Shown piece by piece: positions 11,506 to 24,439 of a stretch of 64,000 bases of DNA. Made by a program: the position numbers and the translations under genes. Position 1 is the stretch's first letter. Every line of letters begins with the position of its first letter. The DNA is from the human T2T-CHM13v2.0 reference genome, Homo sapiens, in NCBI RefSeq assembly GCF_009914755.1, contig NC_060929.1. One strand, given 5' to 3'. The notes under the pieces are model-generated. The model did no database searches. It worked only from the letters and a program-made list of their open reading frames with translations, and was not told the origin of the DNA.

Positions 11506-13443
11506 TGGTTTCTCAGTTGCTGGAGGGATGTAGAAAACAACGGAGGGGGGAAGGGCCTCCTGACATCATGCACATGTGAGATCCACTAGTCAGCTTGCTC
11601 CTGCTGAATACTCTTTCTGGACCGAGCTAAATTTGCAGATATTTGCTCAGTTAAAGCCTCTTCAGGATTTAATCTCAAGCGTCTACCATTTTGCTAGATC
11701 CTTCTGTGCACCACTGTGTCAGGGAAGGTTAGGGTTTTTCTGTCTACCTGCTCAAACATCACTGAACTTCAGCAAGGAAAAAACTTTCCAGAATTTCTGA
11801 TGCCAACAATATCCCTTCTACATCATCTCAGCCCCTGAGTGTAGAAACTGTTCACACTGATGAACATCACCAAATAATTGCTTGACTGTTTCTGTCACTT
11901 TACTCATACAGACTTGGTATAAGCAATGTTGTCAGTGCTGAAATAGTTCTGAATTTAAGAGTTGAGCCCATTATGGCTAGTTAATAGATACGGAACTACA
12001 GGAAGGAAACACCCAAATGTGTAGACTGATAGTCCAACCAAGAGAATAAATATTCCCTGGAAAGGTAAATTATGAAGTCGCTCTGTTTTTAGTATATGAA
12101 ACCTGGAGACCATCTCTAGACAGCAGCCCCATGGCTGCGCTACTCTCATTTCATTTTCAGAGGAGCCCTGTAGAAAGTTCTTTCTTCTAGGAGTAGGGCT
12201 TACCAGATGAGGTTCCCTTCTAATGGTTTCAGATTGCTCAGATGAGAGGCTGTGGGCCTGCCTGCCCTGTTGAACCCTCAGCTAGGACTTCCTTGTCCCG
12301 GGGACTATATTCTAAGGTAGACCTGGATCTAGAAAGAGATTGCTGTCTCTCTTCCTTTCCTCTTCCACCCCAACAGAAAATATGCTTATGCTGGTAAAAT
12401 ATAAATAACCACAAAATATTTGTAGCTCCATATTGACCTTAATGATAAGGTTTATATGGGGAAATAAAGATTTCAGCATATTTTACATTATATGGCCAAG
12501 CTACCTTTATTTCCCTGCTACCTAAGTCACTGCACCTGTGGCCCTACAAGTTACAGGAAACTTGTGTGCCTTATCCTAGCAGTATCTCTATCTAAGAGGT
12601 GACTACTGGTAATCTGAAGAATGCCCACTTAATCTCTCATTTGTGCTTAATTATTGATGGCACAATCTCTTCAGGAAGTAGCCTGCGATTGTGGATATTA
12701 CAGAGTGAATGAGAAAAACGGTGTCCTTAGGGACAATAAAAGAATATGCTATCAGTTCTTAGTACTGTTGACTTGCCTACCTTCCCCATCCATATTCTTA
12801 TTAGCTGTGCCTGTGCAGGATATTCATATTATCCTGCCTGTGCTGAGGCCAGGAGCCTCCTAGACATTTGTTTTCAACCAGCGGCAATAGTGGTGCCAGG
12901 TTGGAGCCTCCAGATATGCCAGTGTGGTTCTGCCTCTGTCTGCCCCACAGCCTCCTTCACATGCTGGCTGTGCTGCCAAGCTTGCCGAGACAGATGGTGG
13001 GAATGATGTGAGGAACCGGCAATGACTCATGCTCCCAGGTGGTGATACAGTCAGCATCTGCATCAAGCAACAAACTACCTGGCACTGGCACAAAGTGCCA
13101 GGATATTCTATTGTCGACTTCAATTTGACACCCTGTTGTCCATTTCCCTCTTCCTTTCTGATCTCAAAAGCTGCCAAGGTCTAAGCCATATTTGGGATTT
13201 CACTCCCTGCGGGATTTTATTTCGATCAAATTCAATCAGTATATATTGTATTCACAGGTTGGTGTCAATGCTGAGATTCTTCAGTTTTGTTATCCATTAT
13301 GCATGGTTATACATTTTTGCTATTCCTTTACCATCCAACCCCCATCTTTATAGGCTTAATTCTGGAGGATTTGGTAAACATCATATTAGAATGATAAAAT
13401 TGTATATTAAATGGTCCTGTTGTAAAAAGACTTCCAACAGATA

Positions 13444-13482
13444 AAAAAAAAAAAAACACAGTAACAACAACAACAACAACAA
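13444..13482. repeat. Poly(A) plus (AAC)n microsatellite
   Basis: Visible A run followed by aac repeats. Confidence 0.85.
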
Positions 13483-13862
13483 AGAAACCACAACACTTGC
13501 TCATATCTGTAATGTTAACTGATTAGCAAATATTTATTGGAACTTGTTTGGGAGCAATACTCTCAAGTGGAAACTCCGAGGCTGCGAAAACATGCATCAC
13601 CTGGAAGCAAACCTCTCAATACTATTAGGCCTCCTTCCTTGGGGCTGTTTTCCATCTCTTTCTCAGTTCTCCCGCAGCCACTATCCCTCAGTCTCCCACA
13701 AACACGGTTTCTTATTTTGTCCAAGTGGGGGTAAGTGTGTGTACATACCAAATGGAATCTAAGTCCTACAGTCGAATTTCAAATACAGATGTGAATCTAC
13801 CTCAGTTGTTGCATTTTGATTCTTGCAACAAAGGTTCAAATTGACATTGGTCAAAAATAACT

Positions 13863-13981
13863 AAGTTAATATAAAAACGAAAAATACCTTCAACCGTAGG
13901 GTTTGCCACCACCCCAATACAAAGCTCATATAAAAATGAAAATAAATACCTCCAACCGTAGGATTTGCCACCAGCCCCAAT
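13863..13981. repeat. ~60-bp imperfect tandem duplication
   Basis: aaatacct(t/c)caaccgtagg(g/a)tttgccacca(-/g)ccccaat at 13882-13918 and 13944-13981. Confidence 0.85.
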
Positions 13982-15094
13982 CATTTTTAATATCTAACCT
14001 ATTAAATGCTCTATCACCACAATGACTCTCAAGCTCTTTTCCCTTTCACTTCCATACCCACCAAAGTGTATCCAACACCTACTTCTAAAAGAAGTATCTT
14101 TAATAGTAAATAAGCAAAATGTTAAAGACATGGTACTAAGAAAATGCATTATTTTCTTCTTTTTAACTTGACTCCTAGTTTTCCTACCATTCTAATATGT
14201 TGATGACCTACTTTAAAAATATTTTTTTCTTTTTTTCCTGCCATTAAGGTCTTCCCTGTCTCTCTTAGAAACTAGATGATACAAACTACATGCTGTTTAG
14301 ACTACAAGTTTTTAGTATGAGTATTGAGAAGTTACTATTATATAATTCATGAGCTTGAAGTACAAGGTTAACATACATTTTTCAACTATTTTTCTTTAGT
14401 CATTTTGGCCTATTTCAAGTGTGCTGGAATATACTTCTTCTTTTTAGTTGACTGGAATCCCAGAGGCTTTTCTATAGCCTCTTGAGTTTTTAGACTAGAA
14501 ACTGAAGGAAGAGAAGTTTGATCCCCTTCAAGTGCTTCCATTTCTCAATTAATCTTTTCAACATTATATTCAGGCTTGTGCTATAATAAAAAAAGGATTG
14601 CATGAAAATATTTACTGAAGTAATTATTCATTTATTTAAAGAAAGAGACTTCATGAATAAATATAATGTGTATTTTTAGAAACTATTTTGCCTCTGCAAA
14701 CTAAATAATTCACAATGAATTATATGTTTATATGTATTTTATAATATATTTCTGATAATTCATTATATTGAATGAGGAATATTAAATAATTATGTTTTAG
14801 TTATCACTGTTTTCTCAATATCAATAATGTTCATAATTTTATGTTCTACATAAGACAAACAGATTTCTTTTAAGAAGCCTAAGAGATCAGAAAGGGCATG
14901 TGATAAAAATGGAAATAAATTGTTATTGCTCATAATCATCATTCTTTTCATTTACACCTGTTTCCACCCAATGTGCAGTCAATTTAGAGAAAGGTCATTT
15001 TGTTTTCAGACACTTCTATTTGTTACTTCATAGAAGAAGCTACTTTAATAAGGGAGGAGAAAAAGCAAAATGCTTTTATTGTTATTATTTTAGT

Positions 15095-15220
15095 AGTTAC
15101 TATTCATTAAGTGCTTACCTATTCTGCACTGTTACTCAGAAAAATTATCTTCTTTGAGCTTCTAAAGTAGGTATCATTATCCCTATTTTACAGGTGAGCA
15201 AAATAAATTTCAGAGATTCA
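15095..15220 (-). mobile_element. MIR fragment
   Basis: gtaggtatcattatccctattttacaggtgag, MIR core in reverse complement. Confidence 0.65.
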
Positions 15221-16020
15221 TTTTGCTCTCAAAAATGAAAATGCCTGAATTTGTGCTGGGACTCAACCCTGCTCAAATGTGTTTGGTTCATCTGCTGCAG
15301 ATGGACCCAGAAAGTCCATCTGTGTCCAGAGCACATACTTTCCCCAATACACAGTAAGACAGATGGAATAGAGTATCTACCCATCTACCTTCAGAGATTC
15401 TTTAGGGGGCTCTTTAAGCAAGGCTGGTATGCATTTATATTAGTGTCACGTCATTGATGGGATATTTCTGGCAGCAACATTTTCTTCCTTCCATATTTCT
15501 TTTACTGAGCTAACATACACCAAAGCCTTATTTGAGACAAAGTGCCAGTATAACATCTCATTTTGTTCAAACTACTGTCTCAACAGCATCAATCTACAGT
15601 AACTAACTGGATTGTCCATAATACCACAATTCATAATTTTGTCACAATAAAACATCCTTAAAAAGATCGTATATTATGAAAATGAGACTCACAGATAGTG
15701 GGACATATTTCTGCAAGAAAGACTTCAAAACTCCCCAGACTACATACCTTTTGGAATAAAATCACATGCTTATATGTTTTTTAAATGTATAATTCATTGT
15801 GCTTACTTTTCACCTAAATATAAATAAGTTGAACAAACCTATCAGTTTATGCTTCTAAGATGTATGATTCATTGTTTCTACTCTAAAGGCTCCTGTATAT
15901 TTTCTTGATTTATTAGTTTATTATTTAATGAAGTAACTTTTGACCAAATCATATGGAAAAATGTCAAGTTCATTTTTGAAAAAGCAGATATTATGGGACA
16001 ATTTATGACAATATTTTTTA

Positions 16021-16340
<320 letters not shown>

Positions 16341-16787
16341 ATTCTATTGTGAGTCAGTTGCAGGTACTATTCTTTGAGCATCCTTTATTCGACAAGAAAT
16401 TTGAACTTTACGTTTCTTTATAAAAAAAAAAAAAAAACTGCATAGAAATTGAAGTCCATTAAGAAGAATTTCCTAATAAGAAAATTAGTCCCTTTCTCCT
16501 TTTGTGGTTTTATGCATTTTTCTGTATTCTCTTTTTTTCTTGACCTTTTTTTGATACTACTGCCTTTATCTTTATGGAGAAACTTGTTCCTACACCAGCA
16601 ACTCTAACTTGTAGCTCTTTTATTTTCCTTGTTCTATGTAGCTGTCTCTCCTCCACATGGGCAGAACAGCTGAATTCATTTCTCATTCTAATTGGTTTCT
16701 TCAGAATCTTTAGAAATTGAAGATATTATAATAGCATAATATTTGGCTATACATTTAAAATGTTTTTTCCATGGATATTTCATCAAG

Positions 16788-17089
<302 letters not shown>

Positions 17090-17354
17090 TCATCAAGTAT
17101 TTTTTAAACATTGATTTTTTTTAACTGTATCTCAAAATAGATCAAAGGGTCCATATAAAGTCAAATAATATTTAAAAATCAATATAGTTTGAAAAACTGG
17201 GAATTGCCTTACAAATCATGGGATTCATTTTGTTTCAAAATAATATTTAAGAATATTTAGTCTCCACTGATTTTTGAAGACTCAACTTGTTATTTGAATT
17301 AAGATGTTTTAAAATTCCAAAAAGAAGCAGGATTTGGATCATAGATAGTTTCAT

Positions 17355-17990
17355 GATTGATGCTTCTCTTCTTAAAAGTCTCTAAAGCTTTCCAAATTTA
17401 CTTAGGGTAACATCTAATCTCCTTTCCTTGGTGTATAAAACCTGCTGCACGGGACTTGCTCCTGTCTCCTCTCTGTTCTCTTCTCTCTCACTCCACCTGG
17501 TTCATTCTGCTCCCTTCATACCAGCCTCCGTTAAGTGTGCCAACCTGGGTCCCACCTTTGTGCCTCTTCCCAGGTTATTCCCTGAGCTTGGAAAGTTTGT
17601 CCTTGAAGTCTTCTCAGTTGGTTCCTTTTTATAATTCAGGTCTTACCACACGTTTTACCTCACCAGAGAGGCTTTTCTGACCACCCAATCTTTAATAGCT
17701 TCGTCTGCCACCTCCTCCAAGTTGTTTTCATTTAATTCTCTTTTTATTCTCATCACATAATCGTTACCATTGAAACAGCATCTGGTATATTCTGTTTACA
17801 ATGAATCTGGAATATTCATTATTTACTTTTAAAATAAACGTCCTTGTCCTTCCTTCCTAAAATAATGTGCTTTATAAGAACAGGGACCCTCACTATCTAT
17901 CTTGCTCAGTGCTGTGCCCTCAAGTGCTAGAATAGAGCCTTGCTCAGGGATCTCAATGTCAAGAGCATGAACCTGATTGGAGAGGGCATC
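17355..17990 (+). mobile_element. L2 3' region
   Basis: cttagggtaacatctaatctcctt, cagagaggcttttctgaccaccc and cagggacc...cttgctcagtgctgtgccctcaagtgctagaatag match the L2 3' end. Confidence 0.65.
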
Positions 17991-20900
17991 TCAGACTCAG
18001 TTCATTTTTCCTTCTCTCCATTTATGTCTTCTCTACCTCATACCTCCTTTAATCTCTCTTCTCTCTTAATAAGCCATTTTCATTCATTTCAGCCTTATGG
18101 ATTTGGAGCTTCCTTGCACATTGTGTCATTTATTATTTTACCCTGTTTATTTCTTATACATGCATTAGCAAGTCTTCCATCTTTTGCCATAAGCTGAATA
18201 TTTGTTAAATACCAGGTAATGCAAGAAAAAGTACCTTCCCCACATATAATAATAACAAAACACAAAAGACCAAGCCCCAGATTAAAAGTATCCTTCAGGA
18301 TATCAGTAAGGATACTATGACTTATTTCTTTCTTCTCCCTATTCTGCACAATTATGGCAGATTCTCTTTAAAAGATTTTTCTTCCAAAATGTGAAAATAA
18401 ACTGTGTCTCTGGATGTCCTTGTATTGGCATCTAATGTTTCCATTTAAATCTCTCCTATGTTTGAAGTTTCAGCACTGTGACAGAAGTTCTGCATTTTTG
18501 TGGAATCTGGACAGCTCTGGCATCTATCAGTGACCCTTGTGGTCTCAGGGGTCCACTTTGTCAAAGGGTTTAGAGCAGATTCTGATACTAATTGATCTGC
18601 ATTAGCAAATCTTACCAGGTACAGAATTCCAATAGGGTCCTTAATACAAAGATAGCAGTTGCCGGTTAATTCACAAAGACATATTCATTGTCCCCATGTT
18701 ATCATCTTTCCAATATCCAAAGCCTTCTTAGAAGCAAACAGCAAAAAATGGTTGTTTGGTTAAGCACAGGTTTAGAATTAATCAAAATGAATGACTTTAA
18801 TGCATATTGCCATCAAACTATGTGGCCTGGATAGGCAGAGGAGCCTCTACCAAGATGACTCCAACTAGATGACTGTTTCCCAGCGTCAAGGACCTTCTTT
18901 ACTCACACTTCCATTGCTACAGGAAAATGTAGGCTATTCACCCAATGTGTGTTACTATATTCTGGTTTTAGTCATAAATGAAATTTAAATCATAGTGTTA
19001 TGTGCATGTATCAGTCATGTTCTAGAGGGTATAATATTCTAACCTATTTCATCTATAGAATTTATTAAACTATGTTTAGTAAAACATCAACTAGGGCAAA
19101 TTAAAAACTTGCATTCTATGCAAAAGCAATTATGAAAACCTGCATCTTACCAGTGTGCATCAGCGACTAATGGTCAGGCAAAAAAGACAAAAGAGAATTA
19201 AAATGATCACATGTCTGCAATGTCTTTATCTCACTCTAGTTACACAGTTGTTTTTTAAAGTCAACTATTTGAACTTTGCAACTAAATGAGAACTAGTACA
19301 TAAAGGCAGCATCTTCTAAGTAATCAATTGAAAAGTGACTAGCTACAGCTAGTGACTAATGGCTATTGATATATTAAATCCATCACACATGTATATATAA
19401 ATGAAAGAGAGTTGGGTTATACGAAAGAAAATTGATATGTGACTTTTACCTTACCATTTGCTAGCCTCCAACCAGCTCTGGCTTCTTCAATGTAAGCATG
19501 TGAAGAACTATGAAACAGCCCAGACAACTCCGGTCTCCCAAAAGTTGATGAAATGTGTCTTCTTCTTGCTGCCTTTTTACCCTCCATGTTGACCATTATT
19601 CTTCTATTACAACAGCATTCTTTCATGATGGGTATATTAAACATGGTTATAGGTTATGTTAGTTTCATCATTACATTAAAATCCATAATGAAATTTGGGG
19701 TTGATTCTCTGATATCAGAAGCCACACACATGCATACTTTGTCTTAAAACAAGCTACTTCTATGATTTATTCCCATTAAAGTTTACTAAGAACTACCTAA
19801 TGCAAGACACTGTTCATGGTTGGGGATGTCAAATTGGCAAAACCTCATCCACAACAATCTCATCCATTTCATAAAAGTGAGAGAAATAATTTTCTGCTTC
19901 GCTGGCAGCCACTTGGCCCTTGCTCCCAAATTCTGGTAATGCACAGAATTTGGAGTTTAGCTAAAGTTTTTATGCAATTCTATTTGTTAAATAAATGCTT
20001 AATTTTAATCTTGGGTGATATTTTTAAACAAACAGCACTAACTTTAATAAAATATTTTTATTTGAGGAGCATTAAGAAAAAGGATGAAGACAGAAACCTG
20101 ATTAACAGACTCAAGGAGCTCCAAACCCCAACACACATTGCATTCACTACAAGATAGGATATTTTACCCCATAGACCACTTTCCTGAGTTGTATATCTAT
20201 CTTTACTAGTCTTGACAGAAAACATGAGGTTTCTGACATAGAAAACAGAATGATTACCTACAAAAAAATCTTGTATTGGTTTCCCACACCCCAATCCCCT
20301 ACAGGGTGATGTGATGAAAGTCAGATATACCCAGTTTGTGCAAGAAGAGAGAGGTCTGTTCCATAGGAGAGGAATCCCCCGAATTATACATTTCTGAGCT
20401 TTCATAGAATGGCTGTCATAGTTGCCCATCCTCCCTTCAGAAGAAAGAGAAATCATATCTTCTAATATAAACAAATTATCTCGGGGAAGAGAAAGAGAAT
20501 GTCTCCAGAATCACTACCCTTTGTCATCTAAACAAATGGTTCCAGGGGAGAAAAATCTGAATCTCTCCAGGACATATCTGAATTTAATTTTCAAAGGGTT
20601 CTTGCCATTCGTTCATGTTTGAACCCAGGTTGCTAGAACTCAGAAAGCTCACATCATGAAGAAATATGAAAATATTTATGAGACATTTCTTCCTGACAGT
20701 CTGCTGTTATCCCTCTTCAGATCACCTTTTAGTAATTGAACAGTATGTGGTGTGCTAAGGGAGTGTCCAGAGCATGAAACTGCTTTACTGTCCAGGCTTG
20801 AAATCAGCCATACTTTCTGTTAGTTCCTGTTCCAAAATGCTTCATTTTCTGTTAATCTTTGGTTATCAGAGTGAGTATATTTCTCCTTTCCTCACAATTC

Positions 20901-21734
20901 TCTTACCTGTCAATAACTCATAAAATTAGGTTGAAAACTCTTGTTTATATCAATTCAAAAAACTAAAGGAAGAATTATAATAATTATTTCAAAATTAAAA
21001 ATCAAGTCTGACTCAATGTTTTTGTCTAGAAAATTCTTAGAAACTTTCTACTAAAAAAAAATAATGCCCACCTGTATATATCAGTTATTCAGTCCCTCTT
21101 GTTTCACTTTGCTGTCCATAACCATTCATTGGAATTGTATAGGAAGAAATGTGATATTTTAATGTTAAATATCCATACTTACAAGTTTAAAAATAATAAT
21201 TTCATCTGAAGTTACAGTGTGGTTATCAAAGGCTTCTTTTCAATTAAAATGGAGTTTTAACATTAGGATTGTATTTGGCTTATCCCTCCAATGAAAGGTT
21301 TTCTCCTGACAAAGTGATTAATGTATCCCCTAATGACAAAATAATTTGTCTTTTTTTTTTTATGAACTTGACATCCTTTTCTCATTATTTCTCAACCAGG
21401 TCAAAAAGGCAGAAACAGTTCTGCAGAATTTTTTAGGTGGTTGGAAATGTTGACATTTTATCATTGCTTGAGGGAGAATTAAGAATGGACTTAAGAATAT
21501 CCATTTTTTGTTATTACTGTTATTTCTGTGATGGAGAGTTTGATTTTGGTTGCACACTCTCTCAGAGAACTTATTACATGCTAATATAATAACTTTTATT
21601 GCCTTTATAATTTATTATTTTAGTATTTATTTAAATGTTTTACTAATATGTTTCCCTGATCAAAATGCTCAAGTAGAAAGCAAAGTTGATCTTACAAATA
21701 TATTTCAAGTTTTTGCTAGACTTTCATTTGTTCT

Positions 21735-22220
21735 GATTAGTTATTGCTGCATAATCTACTACCCCCAAAACTTAATGGCTTAAAACAAACATTTTTTATT
21801 GTTCATGATTTTTTGGGTCAGGAATATGGGAAGGGCTCAGCTGATGCCCATGGCATCCTCTGGAATAGCTGAGGCTGGATGATCCACTCCAAGATGGCAT
21901 CTTCACTCTCTTGTCTAGAGCATTCGTGCTGTTCATCCCCTCTCTCTCTCCACAAGGTGTCGCATCCTTCAGAGCCTCTTCATGTAAGGAGCTTCTCTTA
22001 GCTTGGCTGCCCAAGGGTACCTGAGTTTCTTCACTTGGCAGCTTAAGTCGCCAAAGCCAAGTGTCCCAAGAGACAAAGGCAGAGTCTGGAAGCCTTCTTA
22101 TAATCCAGCTTTGGAATTTGAACATATTCTATTCATGAAGCCAGTCATGGAGGAAAGGGAGTTCCATTCTACCTCTCAATAGGAATTATTGCAAAGAAAG
22201 TGTGGTCCATACATTCAACA
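21735..22220 (-). mobile_element. MaLR solo LTR (MLT1G/H-like)
   Basis: ttattgctgcataa...cccaaaacttaatggcttaaaacaa...gggtcaggaat...gaggctggatgatccactccaagatggc. Confidence 0.7.
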
Positions 22221-24004
22221 TGCCCAGAAAATGGCTTCATCTCTGCCTCTCCAGAAAACTGGGTAGTAAATCAAGAGAAAGAAAGGCTGATTCTCATCAC
22301 AGCTTTAAACTTTAATCCAGTATTAGACCCATTTGAAACAAACAAAATGATGTACTTAGCTATAAAGAAAAAAGATCAAGAATTGTTAACTTTTTTCTCA
22401 AGAAGAAAGCAGGTGAGCTAATGGAAAGAAGGTTTAAAGGGCACTTTACAAAACACTTTTTATAAAATTGCCTGTTAATCTCTCACAGAAACAAAAAATT
22501 CCTGGCATGCTGCAAATGACATGGTGATGTATCAATCAAGACTTTCGATTAGACAAGTGTTAAATCTTCAGGGAACTTAAATCTCAAGTGTTTAATTGGC
22601 TGTTTCATCTCTCCAGCAATTTTCAAGAACTCTGAAGAACTTAGCACTTTCACACAAGTAAAACCAGCAGTTTTGTTTATCAGTGGTTCATAAAATAACC
22701 TAATAATTTAAAATGAAACCCTCTTTTAAAAAAGAATACATGATTACTATAATACCTGCGTAAAATTTTCCTATAACCAAACAAAATTATGAATCCTCCA
22801 ACAGGCAACTTACACACGTTTTTTGTAAATCTAACAATTTTTCATCTTGTCATTGTTTCCTTGTTATCTGTATCACCTTCTTCTCTTCCCTGTTTTTCAT
22901 CCTTTTTGTTTTTTATAATTCATAATAGTGCTGATTTATATGCATTTTAATATTTCTAATGCCCAAACATTTTAATTTTCAAAACAAGATTTTAGAATTT
23001 GTTTTCTTTTTCCTTTCCACTGTAGTAAAAACATTAATGATAATAATGTGTTTTTAACATTAAGCTAATCATACTTTATCAAAAAATATTTTTCTTAAGA
23101 AATCTTTGATAAATGGATTTAAATAGTCACTTGTTGCTCTGTAGATAATAAATGAAAATCTGTTGCTATATCTTTATTTCTCAATATTCTTCCCTTAGGC
23201 AGATGCTGACTTCCCTGTCCTTCATATATATTGATTTGAAGAATGAATATTTTAAATAATTTTAGCCAGCTGTGTGTTCCCTGATTTTTTCCCCACTGTC
23301 TTCTGTTAATTCTAGACTCTAAAATAGTTATTCATTCTGTAAATGATTTTGGTGTGTCTACTTTATTTCTCTTATCATTGCACTAATTTCTGGTCAAAGT
23401 TGATTAAAATAGGGCCGTTGCCCTTAAGATACTTATAGTCTAGCAAAAAAAAAAAAAAAAGGAAGAAGAACCATTAACTATTACAAAATACGTGAAATAC
23501 CGCAACAGAAAAGTGTATTATGGGTTCAGTAGAGTCAGAGCAGATTCTTCTTGGAGACAAAAAGAGCAGGCAGGAAACATCTTCTCCAAACAAGGCCAAA
23601 TAAAGATCTATTTATTCATAGTAAGGACTTTAGAATTTATTCTATTAAAAAGGGTTAAATAGAGAGCAATAAGGATTGTATGCATTTAGAATATTTTTAT
23701 AATTAAACATTAAAGTCCATGATCTTTATCTTCAATCTTGTAAAAATTTTCCACATAATTTTATAAAATTATCTATGAATGCACATAACTGTAAAAAGTA
23801 CTCTCCTTTTCTCAAGTCTTTCTACAGAAGATATGTGAATGAGTTTGCCTCCCAAAATACATACTCTTTTAAGAATTAATTCCCAGAAATATTTTACTAT
23901 AAAATAATTATTACTTCTGACCTGCTTAAAACAGATACATGGGCTATTTTTAACCAATATTGGTAGTTAAAATAAATATGGGTTGGAATAATACTACAAG
24001 TAAC

Positions 24005-24205
24005 AATAATAAATATTCATTGAGGCCCATTCATTTTCCAGGCATTCTACTAATTACTTTATAGATATTTTCTCATTTTGTTCTACAATAATCCTATAAA
24101 GTAGGTATTATTATTTTCTCTATTTTACAGTACTAACACAGAAACACAAAGATTAAACTACTGGATCCAGGTCTCAAGCCAGGAGGTGGAGGATCAAGGA
24201 TTCTA
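24005..24205 (-). mobile_element. MIR
   Basis: gtaggtattattattttctctattttacag core plus a MIR-like 3' tail. Confidence 0.65.
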
Positions 24206-24439
24206 ATAAAGGTGCAAGGATTCTAGCATGTTAAAAACATTTAAATAAGAGACCCGCAAATTATGGTACCAGAAGTCAATTAATAGGTATTTTCCTATAT
24301 TGTGATCATTTCTAAGCACATAATACTGATTATTTTGTTATTAGTTTAAATCTTATGACCTGTTTTTGAATTAGCTATATAATCCTGAAAATCTCCAAAC
24401 ATTTTTTTTTGCTCTAATAACCCATGCTAACATGTACCT

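Noticed and set aside
18640-18695. SOX-like motifs ACAAAG x2 and CATTGT as a SOX9 dimer site
   Set aside because: Spacing between the inverted half-sites is longer than the typical SOXE dimer arrangement; likely chance.
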